A stretch of 64,000 bases of DNA from Acidobacteriota bacterium. Its GTDB lineage: Bacteria; Acidobacteriota; UBA890; WLXD01. The stretch covers positions 704,001 to 768,000 of the forward strand of contig CBDBHB010000008.1 in assembly GCA_965205505.1 (NCBI GenBank), written 5' to 3'. The position numbers and the translations under genes are program-made. Of this stretch, positions 50,807 through 61,444 are shown piece by piece (the first letter of the stretch is position 1; each line of letters starts with the position of its first letter). The notes under the pieces are model-generated. The model worked only from the letters and a program-made list of their open reading frames with translations. It had not been told where the DNA came from and ran no database searches.

Positions 50807-52159
50807 TTACCGCCGCGCCAGTCGGCGGCCGAAGATCACCACTACCCAGAACAACATCGCCGCCGCGCAGATCCCCAGTACCGGCAACCCGCCGAGCACC
50901 GCAATGAGCGGGATCGCGGCGCCGGTCCATAGTCCGCCTCCCATGATCGGCTCATGCAGCAGCTGTTTGCCGGCAAACGCCTTCACCGCCGACGACTCGT
51001 AGTCGGGATCGACCACCCGCAGCAACAGCAGGCCGGTGGCGGTCACACCCATCGACTGACCCATCTCGGCGATGCTGCGCTCGAACCAGGCATCGCTGAA
51101 GACGCGTCGGGCGAGGAACATGACGCAGAACACGTTCCACAGGATGCCGGCAACGATGAGGATCATCAGCGGCGCCAGCCCGGTGGCGACCACCTCGAGA
51201 CGAATGGTGGCAATCGCCGCGATGACCAGAAAATCGAGCGCCGCGTTCTGGATTCTCCGCATCAGCCCGAGATCGATGATGTCGTGGCGGTCGTAGTTGT
51301 CCTCCCACCACTGGATGAGCACCCCGCCGAGCATGCATAGCGGAAACAACGGGAAGCTCGCCAGCAGCCGATATTGCGCCAGACCGGGAATGACTGCCTC
51401 GACTATCAGCAAACCTTCCTTGAAGAGGATGCCGATCAAGATCGCCAGGCCGACGATCACCAGATGAAGGCTCAGCGACTCGACGGCGTCGGTGTTGACC
51501 GTCAGGTGTCCGGCGACCGGCCGCCCGGTAACTGGCAGGAACCCGGCGGATTCGTCGGCGGTCAGATCGCTGGATGGTCGTTTGACTTCCGTGTAGCCGC
51601 GCCGCACCGCCCAGTTGACCAGCGCCATGCCAACGAGGATCGCACCGAGGATGCCGCCAGTTGCCGCTGCTAGCGCAAAGTCCCTACCCTCATCCCAGCC
51701 CAGCTCGGTAAACACCGGAGCCAGGCCGGCGGCGGTGCCGTGCCCGCCCTCGAAGCCAACCGGCAGGATGCCGCCGAACAAGTCGGGCAGGCCGAACATG
51801 GGGCCGAGAAACGCCAAGACGAGCCCGATGCCGACCACGTATTGGCCCCAGGCAACTAGCTGGCCGTAGGCGAACTGCAGGCCGGCGATTCGCCACAGCT
51901 CCGACAGCTTGGGCAGAGTCACGCCGAGGAACAGGCAGGCGAAGACCACGTTGATCAACAGCCCCGGCAGCGCGCTCCATCCGGCCGTCCAAGCGGCAGG
52001 CAGCGGGTACCCGGCAACGCGGCCTACTTGCAGAACGACCAGCCCCAACAGCCCACCGATCACGCACGAGGGCAGATAGAGCATCTGTAGGGTCCGCAGC
52101 TTGGTACGCACCCAGTGGCCGAGACCAAGCAGAATGCACAAACCAACGAACGACTGCAT
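50807..52159 (-). CDS. Sodium:glutamate symporter (GltS/ESS family)
   Basis: LPSCVIGG, GFEGGHGTAAG, AATGG, MGQSMGVTATGLLLLRVVDP. Confidence 0.9.
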   Translation of the reverse strand: MQSFVGLCILLGLGHWVRTKLRTLQMLYLPSCVIGGLLGLVVLQVGRVAGYPLPAAWTAGWSALPGLLINVVFACLFLGVTLPKLSELWRIAGLQFAYGQLVAWGQYVVGIGLVLAFLGPMFGLPDLFGGILPVGFEGGHGTAAGLAPVFTELGWDEGRDFALAAATGGILGAILVGMALVNWAVRRGYTEVKRPSSDLTADESAGFLPVTGRPVAGHLTVNTDAVESLSLHLVIVGLAILIGILFKEGLLIVEAVIPGLAQYRLLASFPLFPLCMLGGVLIQWWEDNYDRHDIIDLGLMRRIQNAALDFLVIAAIATIRLEVVATGLAPLMILIVAGILWNVFCVMFLARRVFSDAWFERSIAEMGQSMGVTATGLLLLRVVDPDYESSAVKAFAGKQLLHEPIMGGGLWTGAAIPLIAVLGGLPVLGICAAAMLFWVVVIFGRRLARR

Positions 52160-52189
52160 GCGGGGCGTTGACTCCAGTTGGGACGGCGC

Positions 52190-54195
52190 TTAGTCCGGCT
52201 TCAGGCGTACCGCCCACAGGCCGGAGTAAAAGTCCGAGAAGAAAATGGTGCCCTTGTGGTGCTGCGGGCCCCAGCTGAAGACGGCGTTCGGGAAGTAACC
52301 GTCCGGATCAAACGGCAGGAAGTAGGCGATCTCTCGACCCTGCCGATACAGATCACCCATGAGCTCGCCGGATATGTCGACAACCCGAAGACCGCCCTGG
52401 ATGTATGCGATATAGAGAATCTCGTCGTGCACCCACAGGTTGTGGCTGCCACCTTCCGGGACCTTGTAGCGCGCCACTTCATGAGGCGTATCCCACTCGT
52501 CCCACTCGACGAAATGGACCCAACCGGCCTGACGTTCGGGCTCGTCCGGGCTTCCTGGCTGGCCACCGCGCAGCACGGCTTCGTCGCCGGCGATCATGTA
52601 GAAGCGATTCGCCGACTTGCTGTGGAACGGCAGCGCCGCATGGCTCCGCCGCTCGGGTTCGTGTAGCTGCCGAGCATCACCGGGTTGCGCGGTGAGCCTC
52701 CTTGACCCCCTCCACCAACATCGACCGCCACCACCCCGTCGGACCAATTGGACGAGTAGGCAATGCCATCCTCGACCCAGACATCGTGAATTGCGTGGCC
52801 TGGAGTTTCGAGCTCGAAGCGCGCCACGCGATACGGGTTGCGCGGATCCTCGATGTTGATGATCTCGTAGTATTGGCCCGCGCCTACAGCGTAAACGTGG
52901 TTGTCATAGACGAACGCGTTGTGAACGCCGCCGGTGAGATGCTGGTCGTAGCTCGACAGGATGCGCATGCCGTCCTGCGGGCTGGAGACGTCGAGAATGA
53001 CGATGCCGTTACGCCGGCTGGAAGCGCCTTCGCGGGTCAGCACGGCGATGCGACCGTCTTCGGAGATCTTGACGTCGTTGACCGTGCGCGCATCGATGCG
53101 GACTGAGTCGATCATCGCGATGGCGCTCGGGTCGGTGACGTCCCACATGAAGGCCTGACCGTCGGCGCCCCAGGTACCGGTGATGGCTTAGTCGCGGCCG
53201 TCGGTTCCCTCCCAGACCCATAGGTCCGAGGTACCGCGATCGCTGACCCGACCCTGCCCGACGAGCTCGATCTCGCGCTTGGCATCGCGCGGGCGGATGC
53301 TGACCTGCAGCTGCGTGTGGTGCGTCCCCGAGATCGCCATGACGGTGTACTCGCCAGGCAGGTCGGCAACAAAGCGACCGTCAGGCGCGACGAGTCCGGA
53401 CCCGGGCTCGCCGCGCTCGTGCTCGGTCGTTCGAGCGCTGAACGCATACTCGACAGGAGCCCCCTCCACTGCATCGCCGGAAGCATCAAGCGGCCTAGCC
53501 TCGAAGTGGATCACGTCGCCCGTACGAGCCTCGGTGGTCGACGCGGTGAGGCGCAGCGATGTAGTTGGATTGGGGGCCACTTCAATCGAAAGGCGGGGCG
53601 TGGCTGCGGCGCCGACGGCGCCTTCAACCCGGGCCGTTATCGTTGCACTACCGGCCGCCAGCAGCTTCAGGCGTCCGAAGCGACCCACCTCGGCGATTGC
53701 CGGATCGCTGCTGCTCAGCTGCACGTCATCTTCGCGGCTTGCTTCGGTAGCATCGGTTACCGCGAGTTCCAGACGCACGGTGGTCCCTTCGTAGAAGCGC
53801 TCCGGTGGATCGACGAAGACAACTGTGGCGATGGCGGGCTTCGGCACGACGACGCGGACCCGTGCCTCCAGCGGCGGCGTTTCCTCTCCGCCGCCCTCGG
53901 CCGGCCCCCTCGGCACTCGAACCAGGATCGTGTGGCTCCCAGAGCGAATCGCGCTCACCACTCCGTCGCTACTAACGCTGACGCTGCGGGCCGCCAACGA
54001 CAGAAACACCGCCCGGGCATCGTCCACCGGGTCACCGGCCGCATCGGTGATGTTGGCGTGAAGGGAGCCGCTCTCGCCGACCTCCAACCGCAGCTCGGCG
54101 GGCTCTACGATGAGGCTATGGGCGACGCTTCGTACGGCGTCCTGCTGTGCCCCTATCGCTAGAGTCGCCGCGGCGATCACGGCATATCGCAACAT
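52190..54195 (-). pseudogene. Ig-like (Big_2) + LVIVD-repeat exported protein with in-frame TAA at 53188-53190 and a frameshift near 52650
   Basis: Ig repeats (LSSSDPAIAEV), then TSDLWVWEGTDGRD*AITGTWG, ARTVNDVK, TREGASSR, GGVHN, HDVWV, SHNLW, GGLRVVDISGEL. Confidence 0.82.
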
Positions 54196-54197
54196 GA

Positions 54198-56204
54198 TCA
54201 GGTGCGTTCCGCCCACGGATACTGGAACTCCGGGCGCAGCACGTCGCCGAGCAGCTCCTGCACCGCACGGTGCCCCTGATCGAACGCCGCGTGCGTGAGG
54301 CAGGTCGCCGCGGCATCCGAGTTGGCGACAGTAATCCGACCAAAGCGTTGTCGACCGACGACCCAGGGCACCTCGTCGTATCCCCACTCCGGGTCGTAAA
54401 GGTCGTTCGCACCACCAGCGTAGCCGTGCGGCCAGCGGTTGACGGTGATCGCTTCGATATCGCGCGCCGCGTCGAAGCCACCATCAGCCAGCGCTCTGCC
54501 GAGATCATCGCGGATGCGACGCTCGAAGATCTCGAACGGCGTGGACTGGAGATCCTCGCGACCAGCGCGGAACTGGTCACGGGCCGGCAGACCCGGCTGG
54601 ATCGGCACTCGCTTCAGGTGCAGCACCATCGGCTCCGACGGGGTGCGCGAGCACACGTAGTCGCCAAGGCTGATGGCGTAGTCAAGGCTGGTGGTGCTGT
54701 GGTAGCCACCCGGAGCGTAGAAGCTCTGCATGCCGAGCTCCGCCCACGCCTCCCAGTTGCGCAGCAGCACATTCGTGTAGACGAGCGGCTGGCGCACCGC
54801 CATCTTGAGCGCCGCCTTCTGCGTCTCCGGGAACTCCGGGCACAGGTACGGGATCACGGCGTTGTAGCAGGCCATGACGCAGGTTGCCCCACGCACGCTA
54901 TGGGCCTTACCGTCGCGGACGTAGGTAACCTCTACCTCCTTGGCGGTGCGTCGCTCGCCGACGTGCCTGGCGTTCACCACTGTGCTGTTGAGACGGATGC
55001 GCACCGCGCTACCTGATTCGTCGATTCGGTCGTAGCGGATCGGCTGGGTAACCGAGTCCTCCATTGTCGTCCCCGGCAGCGCCTCGGGGTTGAGCCAGCG
55101 GACGATCAGGCGGGCGACGCTGGCATTGCCATCCGGGAAGTGGATGCTCTCGCCGAAATCATCGTCGGGCAGCCAGCTTCGGAGCGGTCGCTCCAGCCCG
55201 AGTCCGTCGAGCGCCGGGTAACGACCATCGCGCAGCGCGCCCCAGGCGCTATATGAGTCGATGCCGGCGGCGCCGTTGGATCCACCGAGTGAGAGGCTCA
55301 GGAAGTACGGAATGACACCCGGGTCCGCCTTCACGACCTGCAGCAAGTAATCCTGATAGCTGATCTTGCGCAGCCGCTGCTTCTTCTCCTCGAGCGACAA
55401 CCCCGGCAGGTAGTCGCGCTTGTCTTCGTAGAGCCTCAGCATGTCCTTCTTTACGCTGTCGGACATCGGCGTCTTGGCGAGGAACTCCTCCCAGGTGAGT
55501 GTTCCGGCGCGCGCCGGCTCGGAGCTCCGCCGCGGCCGCCCCACCACCAGGCGATCCTCGCCGAACGTCTCGCGGTCGAAGAACGTGCCCGCGCCCAGCC
55601 CCATGCGCCCGTAGAGGCTGCGGTCGGACTCGGTCTTGCGCAGAAAGCGCGGGCCATCGATGCCGATGTCCTCGAGCAGCGCCTTACCTTCGTACGTATA
55701 GCTGTTCTTGCCGTGGATCATCATCGTGCCGCCGTATCCGATGATCCGTCGGTCGCCGATGGTGAACTCGTTGCGCTTGGCGTGGCCGCCGAAGTCGTCG
55801 TGATTGTCGAGAATGAGAATCTTCGCCTCCGGCAACGCCTTGCGGAAGAAGTAGGCCGACGCCAATCCACTGAGGCCTCCACCAACGACGATCAGGTCGT
55901 AGCTCTCGCCGGTGCTCTCGACGTTGTCCCAGGTCTTGCCATCACGCATCTCATGCGCCACCTCGAAGGAGCCGTCGTGACTGCCTCGCATTCCGGTGAG
56001 GCGGGGCGGGTAGTAGTCGCCGGGCTCTTCTGCACGCCGCTTGCGCGGCGGTGCTACGGATGGCTCGGAAGCAGTCGCACTCGATGGGGAGAGACCGCTG
56101 ACGCCAATCGCGCTGGCGCCACCGATCGCCACGCTCGTGCCATTGAGGAAATCGCGCCGAGTGATTTCCCGGTCCATCCCGAGCTCACGATCCGTCTTTG
56201 CCAT
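54198..56204 (-). CDS. FAD-dependent oxidoreductase, spermidine dehydrogenase (SpdH)-like, Tat signal
   Basis: ITRRDFLNG, YYPP.LTGMRGSH.GSFE.AH, VGGGLSGL, DNHDDFGGHAKRNEF, HFPDGNA, ITVNRWPHGY, ANSDA. Confidence 0.85.
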   Translation of the reverse strand: MAKTDRELGMDREITRRDFLNGTSVAIGGASAIGVSGLSPSSATASEPSVAPPRKRRAEEPGDYYPPRLTGMRGSHDGSFEVAHEMRDGKTWDNVESTGESYDLIVVGGGLSGLASAYFFRKALPEAKILILDNHDDFGGHAKRNEFTIGDRRIIGYGGTMMIHGKNSYTYEGKALLEDIGIDGPRFLRKTESDRSLYGRMGLGAGTFFDRETFGEDRLVVGRPRRSSEPARAGTLTWEEFLAKTPMSDSVKKDMLRLYEDKRDYLPGLSLEEKKQRLRKISYQDYLLQVVKADPGVIPYFLSLSLGGSNGAAGIDSYSAWGALRDGRYPALDGLGLERPLRSWLPDDDFGESIHFPDGNASVARLIVRWLNPEALPGTTMEDSVTQPIRYDRIDESGSAVRIRLNSTVVNARHVGERRTAKEVEVTYVRDGKAHSVRGATCVMACYNAVIPYLCPEFPETQKAALKMAVRQPLVYTNVLLRNWEAWAELGMQSFYAPGGYHSTTSLDYAISLGDYVCSRTPSEPMVLHLKRVPIQPGLPARDQFRAGREDLQSTPFEIFERRIRDDLGRALADGGFDAARDIEAITVNRWPHGYAGGANDLYDPEWGYDEVPWVVGRQRFGRITVANSDAAATCLTHAAFDQGHRAVQELLGDVLRPEFQYPWAERT

Positions 56205-56216
56205 AGGGTCTCCCGT

Positions 56217-57173
56217 TTACTCTTCGGTCAGGCTCTCGAAAATGCTCTGGCCACGACCATAGACCATCTGAATGCCGCGGTAGTAGTTGAGCGGAATCAC
56301 CGTCACATGGGTTTCGTCAGCAAATACGCGGGTCGACAGCTCGAAGCCCTCGAGATTCGCCTCCCGTAGCATCCTCTCCAGTCGCCCGACGTTGGTCACC
56401 ATACGGAACGGGAGGCCCTCCGGATCTACCTCCTCGAGCCCCCCGACGGCCATGAACATGCGCGCGTCGAGCTTGTCGTGATGAGCGATGAACTCCTCTG
56501 CCTGCTGCAGAATGTTCTCGTCTTCCCACCAGATGGACGGGCTGCCGATGAGGTAGCGGTTGAACGCGTCCGGCTCGTTGAACAGCACGTACAGCCCGAA
56601 CAGGCCACCGAGCGAATCGCCCCAATAGCCGCGGTCTCCCGGGATCGTGGGATAGAGCTCGTCGATGAACGGAACCAGCTGATCGCGGATGAAGCGCAGG
56701 AACTCTGCGGCGCCACCCGATGGCTTTTCCGTCGACGCCAGAACACCAGGGACCAACGCGTCCCAGACGTCGGGGACAGGGAACTCGCCCGAATCCTCTA
56801 CCGGCGTTAGGTCGCGAGTGCGCAGACGCATGCCGCTGAGGACGTTTTCGCCCGGGTAGCCGATGCCCACCATGATGAACCGCTGGACGTCGCCGAACGC
56901 CTGCATCATGCGCGTGAGATCGGCGAAGGTCAGGCCACCCTGTGAGTCGGTCATGTAGAGAACGGGGAAACGCTCCGAGCCGTCGCGCCGGCTCACCGGC
57001 ACGCCGACGTGGATCTCGAACTCCTGATCGATGAGCTCGGACCGCAACCGATGCACCTCGATCTCCGGGAACACGAACAGTGACTCCTGGACGGCGGTAC
57101 CCGGACTCGCGATCGGCACACCCGTCACGACACCAGCCAACAACACCCCGAGCCAAGCCTGCCGACCTCGCAT
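56217..57173 (-). CDS. Alpha/beta hydrolase, IroE/putative esterase family
   Basis: FPVLYMTD, VGIGY, RTRDLTP, GGAAEFL.FI, GDSLGG, GSPSIWW, ETH. Confidence 0.85.
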   Translation of the reverse strand: MRGRQAWLGVLLAGVVTGVPIASPGTAVQESLFVFPEIEVHRLRSELIDQEFEIHVGVPVSRRDGSERFPVLYMTDSQGGLTFADLTRMMQAFGDVQRFIMVGIGYPGENVLSGMRLRTRDLTPVEDSGEFPVPDVWDALVPGVLASTEKPSGGAAEFLRFIRDQLVPFIDELYPTIPGDRGYWGDSLGGLFGLYVLFNEPDAFNRYLIGSPSIWWEDENILQQAEEFIAHHDKLDARMFMAVGGLEEVDPEGLPFRMVTNVGRLERMLREANLEGFELSTRVFADETHVTVIPLNYYRGIQMVYGRGQSIFESLTEE

Positions 57174-57253
57174 CACGCTCTCCGTATTGACGTCATCGCC
57201 GTCGATCTCAGCGGCTCGCAGCCTCCCTGCAGTAGCCCGTCCACCCCTCCACG

Positions 57254-58651
57254 TCAGCTACTGAAACGCTTGAGTAAGCGGTACCAGAATTCGATCGAAT
57301 CGTGGAACGCGTCGATACCAACGCGCTCGTCGAGCCCGTGGGCGCGACTGTCGCCGAAGTCACCGAACAGACCTGAGACGCCGTACACCGGAATACCGGC
57401 GTTCCGAACGAACAGGCCGTCAGTTGCGTAGGTGGCCTGCTCGGGCGCCACCGCCGCACCCGGCCAGATTTCGTCGACGAGCTCGCGAATCGGTTGCACG
57501 ACGTCGTCTCGCAACGGTGACGGTGGACTGGCCACCGTACCACCGCTCTGCAACGGGCGAATCTGGATCGAGTCGTTGGCGACCACCTCGCGCAGCGTCG
57601 CCATGATGTGGCTCGGCTCCACGCCGGGCAGGATGCGGCAGTTCACCGTCGCCTTGGCTACACGCGGCAGGGCATTCTCGGCCACCCCCGACTCCAGCAT
57701 GGTCGCCACGCAGGTCGTGCGCATGGTCGAGTTGGCCCATGGATCGGCTGCCGCGAGCCGACGCAGCGCGTCTGGGTTAGGGTCGTCCTCGCCGGCGGCG
57801 CGCAGTAGCTCGCCCTCCTCGCCGGCGATGCGTTCGCCACCGATGCGGAAGCCCTCACGGGCGATCGCAGTGACGTCAATCGGAAACTGATATTGCTGCA
57901 GCTTCACAAGCGCGTGGGCAAGATCGTAGATGGCGTTGTCGGGGCGCGGCAGCGAGCTGTGACCGCCGGGGTTCTCGGCCACCAGCTCGTACGTCTGATA
58001 GCGCTTCTCGGCCATCTGGATCATGAAGGTCGAGGGCTCGCCGTTGGGGTCGAACACGCCGCCACCGGAGTCTGTGTTGAGTGCCAGCTCCGCGTCGATG
58101 AGCTCGCGGCGCTCTTGCGCCAGGTGGGAGATCCCGCCCATCGTGGTCTCTTCGTTCCCGGTCAGCACCATGATGATGTCGCGGTCGGGCTCGTAGCCCT
58201 CAGAACGCAGCCGAATGAAGTTGGCCACCAACGCCACAACGCCGGCCTTGTTGTCGGTCGTCCCGCGGCCGTAGTAGTAGCCGTCGATCTCGGCGAGGGT
58301 GAACGGATCGGCCTGCCATGACTCCGGATCGGCGTCGACCACGTCCACGTGGGCCATCGTCAATAGGGGCTGGCGAACGCCGGATCCGGGGTATCGAACT
58401 ACCAGGTTCGATCGACCGGCGTCGACAAAGACGATCTCGTCGTCGGAGAATCCGGCAGCAGCGAGGCGCTTTGCCAGCCCCTCCAGAATCCGCCGCGTGT
58501 TGTCTGGGAACGCCTCGCTCGACCGTATCTCGACGAGCTCGCGCAGCAGCTCCAGTGCGAGCGGCTCTTGACCGGTATGCGACCAGGCGATCGAGCCAGC
58601 GGTCAGCAGGCCAGCCAGAGCGGCGGCGAGGACGACGCGCGGTCGAGCCAT
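57254..58651 (-). CDS. M20/M25/M40 family metallopeptidase, exported
   Basis: MAHVDVV, YGRGTTDNK, GNEE, GGHSS, ENALP, ATDG, AHGLDER. Confidence 0.92.
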   Translation of the reverse strand: MARPRVVLAAALAGLLTAGSIAWSHTGQEPLALELLRELVEIRSSEAFPDNTRRILEGLAKRLAAAGFSDDEIVFVDAGRSNLVVRYPGSGVRQPLLTMAHVDVVDADPESWQADPFTLAEIDGYYYGRGTTDNKAGVVALVANFIRLRSEGYEPDRDIIMVLTGNEETTMGGISHLAQERRELIDAELALNTDSGGGVFDPNGEPSTFMIQMAEKRYQTYELVAENPGGHSSLPRPDNAIYDLAHALVKLQQYQFPIDVTAIAREGFRIGGERIAGEEGELLRAAGEDDPNPDALRRLAAADPWANSTMRTTCVATMLESGVAENALPRVAKATVNCRILPGVEPSHIMATLREVVANDSIQIRPLQSGGTVASPPSPLRDDVVQPIRELVDEIWPGAAVAPEQATYATDGLFVRNAGIPVYGVSGLFGDFGDSRAHGLDERVGIDAFHDSIEFWYRLLKRFSS

Positions 58652-59811
58652 CAGGAGATCACCACGGTACGTGCGAATTGGGCGTTGTTCTCCCAGCTCG
58701 TTCGTTTTTCGGCCAGGTCCTCCAGCACTGGTTGCATCGTGCCGTTGGCGTCGGTGGCTCGCGAAATGATGGTGTGCTCACCAGGCGCTGCCCCTTCCCA
58801 ACGATGAGAGAAGAGCTTCCACGAATACTTCGTGTTTCGCGGATCGAGCGTCGCCCGCTCCCACGGACCGTCGTCGATCCGCACCTCGACGGAGCGTAGT
58901 GGCGTGCCGTCGTTCAGCGCGAACCCGTGAACGGTGTGATGGTCGCTAGCACGGGTCACCCGGGCGATGGCCGACTTGAGCCGGATGCGCGTGATCGAAG
59001 TTTCCGTGTGCTTGAGGCTGCCACCTACCTGCTCGGCCGTCAGTGTGACGTACTCGCGGGCCATGAACTTGCCCATGAAACGGCTCTCTTGCACGTGGAT
59101 CTGATTCAGCCACTTGACCTGCGCGACCCCGTACCAGCCTGGGACAATCAGTCGTAGGGGCGCCCCTTGGTTCAGGCTCAGTGGCTCGCCATTGAGCTCG
59201 TACGCCAGCATGGTGTCGTCGCGCATGGCGTCTTCGAGCGACAGGCTGCGGGCGAACTGTTGGTCGACCAGCCACGAGTTGCCGCGACTCTCGATGGTCT
59301 CGGTACCCTCGTCGGCGCCGAAGAACACCACCTCTTTGCCTAGGGGCTCCACGCCGATTTCCTGCAGCAGCGCCCGCAGGCTGGTGCCACCCCAGAGGCC
59401 GTTGCTCACCAGCCCGTTGAAGCGACGACGGCTATTGCCGGAGCACTCGAACGCGCAGGCCAGCTCGGTGCGCGGCCGCCGGCGAATTTCCGCCACGGAG
59501 AGTAGCTGCGGCCGTGATACCAGACCGCTGACCTCCAGCGCGTGCGTCGCCGGGTCGATGTGCGGCTGGCCGTAGTGCTGGATGGTGAAGAATTCATCGG
59601 CGGGAGTGAAAAAATCGTTGATCTCGCGGATGTCGACAAAGCGAACGATCGGCGTCGGGTCCGTCTCGAACCCGTCGGGCATGTCGGTGAACGCGACCAG
59701 CTCCTCTTGCGATATCGCCGCGAGCGCCCAATCAGGCACACCGACTACGATCGAGCCCGCCACCAGCGCCCCCGCCTTCGCCGCCACACGGCGCGTTATG
59801 TCCCTGGACAT
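58651..59811 (-). CDS. Sulfite-oxidase-family molybdopterin oxidoreductase with Tat-like leader
   Basis: ITRR leader; FECSGN (Mo-ligating Cys), FARSL, LAYELNGEPL...GAPLRLIVPGWYG...KWL; Ig-like dimerisation domain (SRATD). Confidence 0.9.
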   Translation of the reverse strand: MSRDITRRVAAKAGALVAGSIVVGVPDWALAAISQEELVAFTDMPDGFETDPTPIVRFVDIREINDFFTPADEFFTIQHYGQPHIDPATHALEVSGLVSRPQLLSVAEIRRRPRTELACAFECSGNSRRRFNGLVSNGLWGGTSLRALLQEIGVEPLGKEVVFFGADEGTETIESRGNSWLVDQQFARSLSLEDAMRDDTMLAYELNGEPLSLNQGAPLRLIVPGWYGVAQVKWLNQIHVQESRFMGKFMAREYVTLTAEQVGGSLKHTETSITRIRLKSAIARVTRASDHHTVHGFALNDGTPLRSVEVRIDDGPWERATLDPRNTKYSWKLFSHRWEGAAPGEHTIISRATDANGTMQPVLEDLAEKRTSWENNAQFARTVVIS

Positions 59812-61367
59812 CACTGTCCTCCCTGAGTTATTCGACGAATCGGCATTCCCGGCCGACTTTCCGTGGTCTCTCCGTTCTCGTAGACGATCTCGCCGTTTAC
59901 CCACACCGTGTGGATTCCAACCGACGCCAGATGCGGCTCCAGAACCGTCGAGCGATCGATGACGGTCTCCGAGTCGAACAACACCAGATCGGCGTAGGCG
60001 CCCGGCTCGATCGTGCCGCGTTCGAAGATCCCCACGTGAGCAGCCGGCAGAGCCGTGATCCTGTGGACGCCCTCCTCGAGGCTCATGACCCCACGGTCGC
60101 GCACGTAGTGACCCAGAAACCTGGTGAACGTTCCGTAGCCCCGCGGATGAGCGCCTGCCAGCCCCCCATCGCTGGAGATCACGGTCAGTGGCCACGCCAT
60201 GATCGACTCGATGTCGGGCTCGTTCATGGCGAACCCGAGCATCGACGAGCGCGCCGAGTCGCCGCCCTGCTCGGCGAACTCGACATCGGCCTTGAGCAGG
60301 CTCATCAGGGTGGCTGTCGCGTCGACGCCACGCTGCTCGGCAACCTCGGCCACCGTCAACCCGTTGTATTCCGGCTGCGCCGGGTAGTTCGCCAGCAGCA
60401 CGCCCTCCGGCGACAGCATCTCCTGGAGCACGTACTCGGCTCCGTCACGACGATCGGGATCGCGGTCTGGAAACAGCGTCAGCAGCCAGCGGAAACCGGT
60501 TTGCCAGGCGGCGTAGGGATAGATGTCCACGGTGATGTCGACGCCCGAGGCACGCGCCTCGTCGAGGACGCCGATCAGCCGGTCCGACTGTCCCCACCAG
60601 CGCGGCATGGCCAGCTTGATATGCGACACCTGCACCGGCACACCGGCCTCGCGCCCGATGTTGATGATCTCGTCGAGCGCCTCCCAGAAATACTGGTCCT
60701 CGCTGCGGAAGTGGCTGATGTAGCGCCCACCGTATTCGGCCGCCACCTTCGCCAGCGCCACCATCTCCTCGGGTGTCGAGAAGCTGCCGGGGTCGTACTC
60801 GAGTCCGGACCCGAGCCCCAGCGCCCCGGCTTCCATCTCGGTGCGCAGCAGCGCCTCCATCTGCTGCAGCTCGACATCCGTCGAGGGGCGCTGGTAGTCC
60901 TCGCCCATGACCATGCGCCGAATCGTACCGTGGCCTGCATACGAGGCCACGTTGATCGCCGCTGGCGTCTCCTCGAGCCGGTCGAAGAACTCGGCCAGCG
61001 GGTGCCGCTGCCCGCCATCCTGCCCAGCGACGATCGTCGTCGCACCCTGGCTGACGACAGCGCGCGCGTCGGGCATCTCTCCGAGCAGCCCACGGTCGTG
61101 GTGGCTATGCGTGTCGATGAAGCCGGGAGCTAGAATCAGACCGGCGGCGTCGACAACAGTGTCCTCGGGGCGCGGCCTCAAACTCCCTGTCGCCGTGATC
61201 CTCTGGCCCTCGATGCGCACGTCGATCTGCTGCGATGGGCCACCGGTGCCGTCGATGACCCGGGCGTTGACGATGAAGGTTCGACCGCTGGCTGGCGGGG
61301 CTGAGTCACATCCGATCCCCAGAGCCATCAAGGCAACGGGTACGATCGCTGGCAAATAGCACCTCAT
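59811..61367 (-). CDS. N-acyl-D-amino-acid deacylase family, probable lipoprotein
   Basis: LGIGC lipobox-like; APGFIDTHSH, SQGATT, GLEYDPG, SHFRSE, DIYPY, HPRGYGTF. Confidence 0.9.
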   Translation of the reverse strand: MRCYLPAIVPVALMALGIGCDSAPPASGRTFIVNARVIDGTGGPSQQIDVRIEGQRITATGSLRPRPEDTVVDAAGLILAPGFIDTHSHHDRGLLGEMPDARAVVSQGATTIVAGQDGGQRHPLAEFFDRLEETPAAINVASYAGHGTIRRMVMGEDYQRPSTDVELQQMEALLRTEMEAGALGLGSGLEYDPGSFSTPEEMVALAKVAAEYGGRYISHFRSEDQYFWEALDEIINIGREAGVPVQVSHIKLAMPRWWGQSDRLIGVLDEARASGVDITVDIYPYAAWQTGFRWLLTLFPDRDPDRRDGAEYVLQEMLSPEGVLLANYPAQPEYNGLTVAEVAEQRGVDATATLMSLLKADVEFAEQGGDSARSSMLGFAMNEPDIESIMAWPLTVISSDGGLAGAHPRGYGTFTRFLGHYVRDRGVMSLEEGVHRITALPAAHVGIFERGTIEPGAYADLVLFDSETVIDRSTVLEPHLASVGIHTVWVNGEIVYENGETTESRPGMPIRRITQGGQ

Positions 61368-61444
61368 CTGATCTCCTTTCACGTGTGGCGCACGCGTCGC
61401 CCGCGCGCGGAGAGCGCAACACGACGCCGTAGCCTCGACGGTGT

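Noticed and set aside
11273-53190. Stop-codon reassignment or pyrrolysine to explain in-frame stops
   Set aside because: TAG, TAA and TGA are all involved, the implied residues differ (Q, W, Y), frameshifts co-occur, and all three codons end intact genes. Only 29153 fits programmed recoding.
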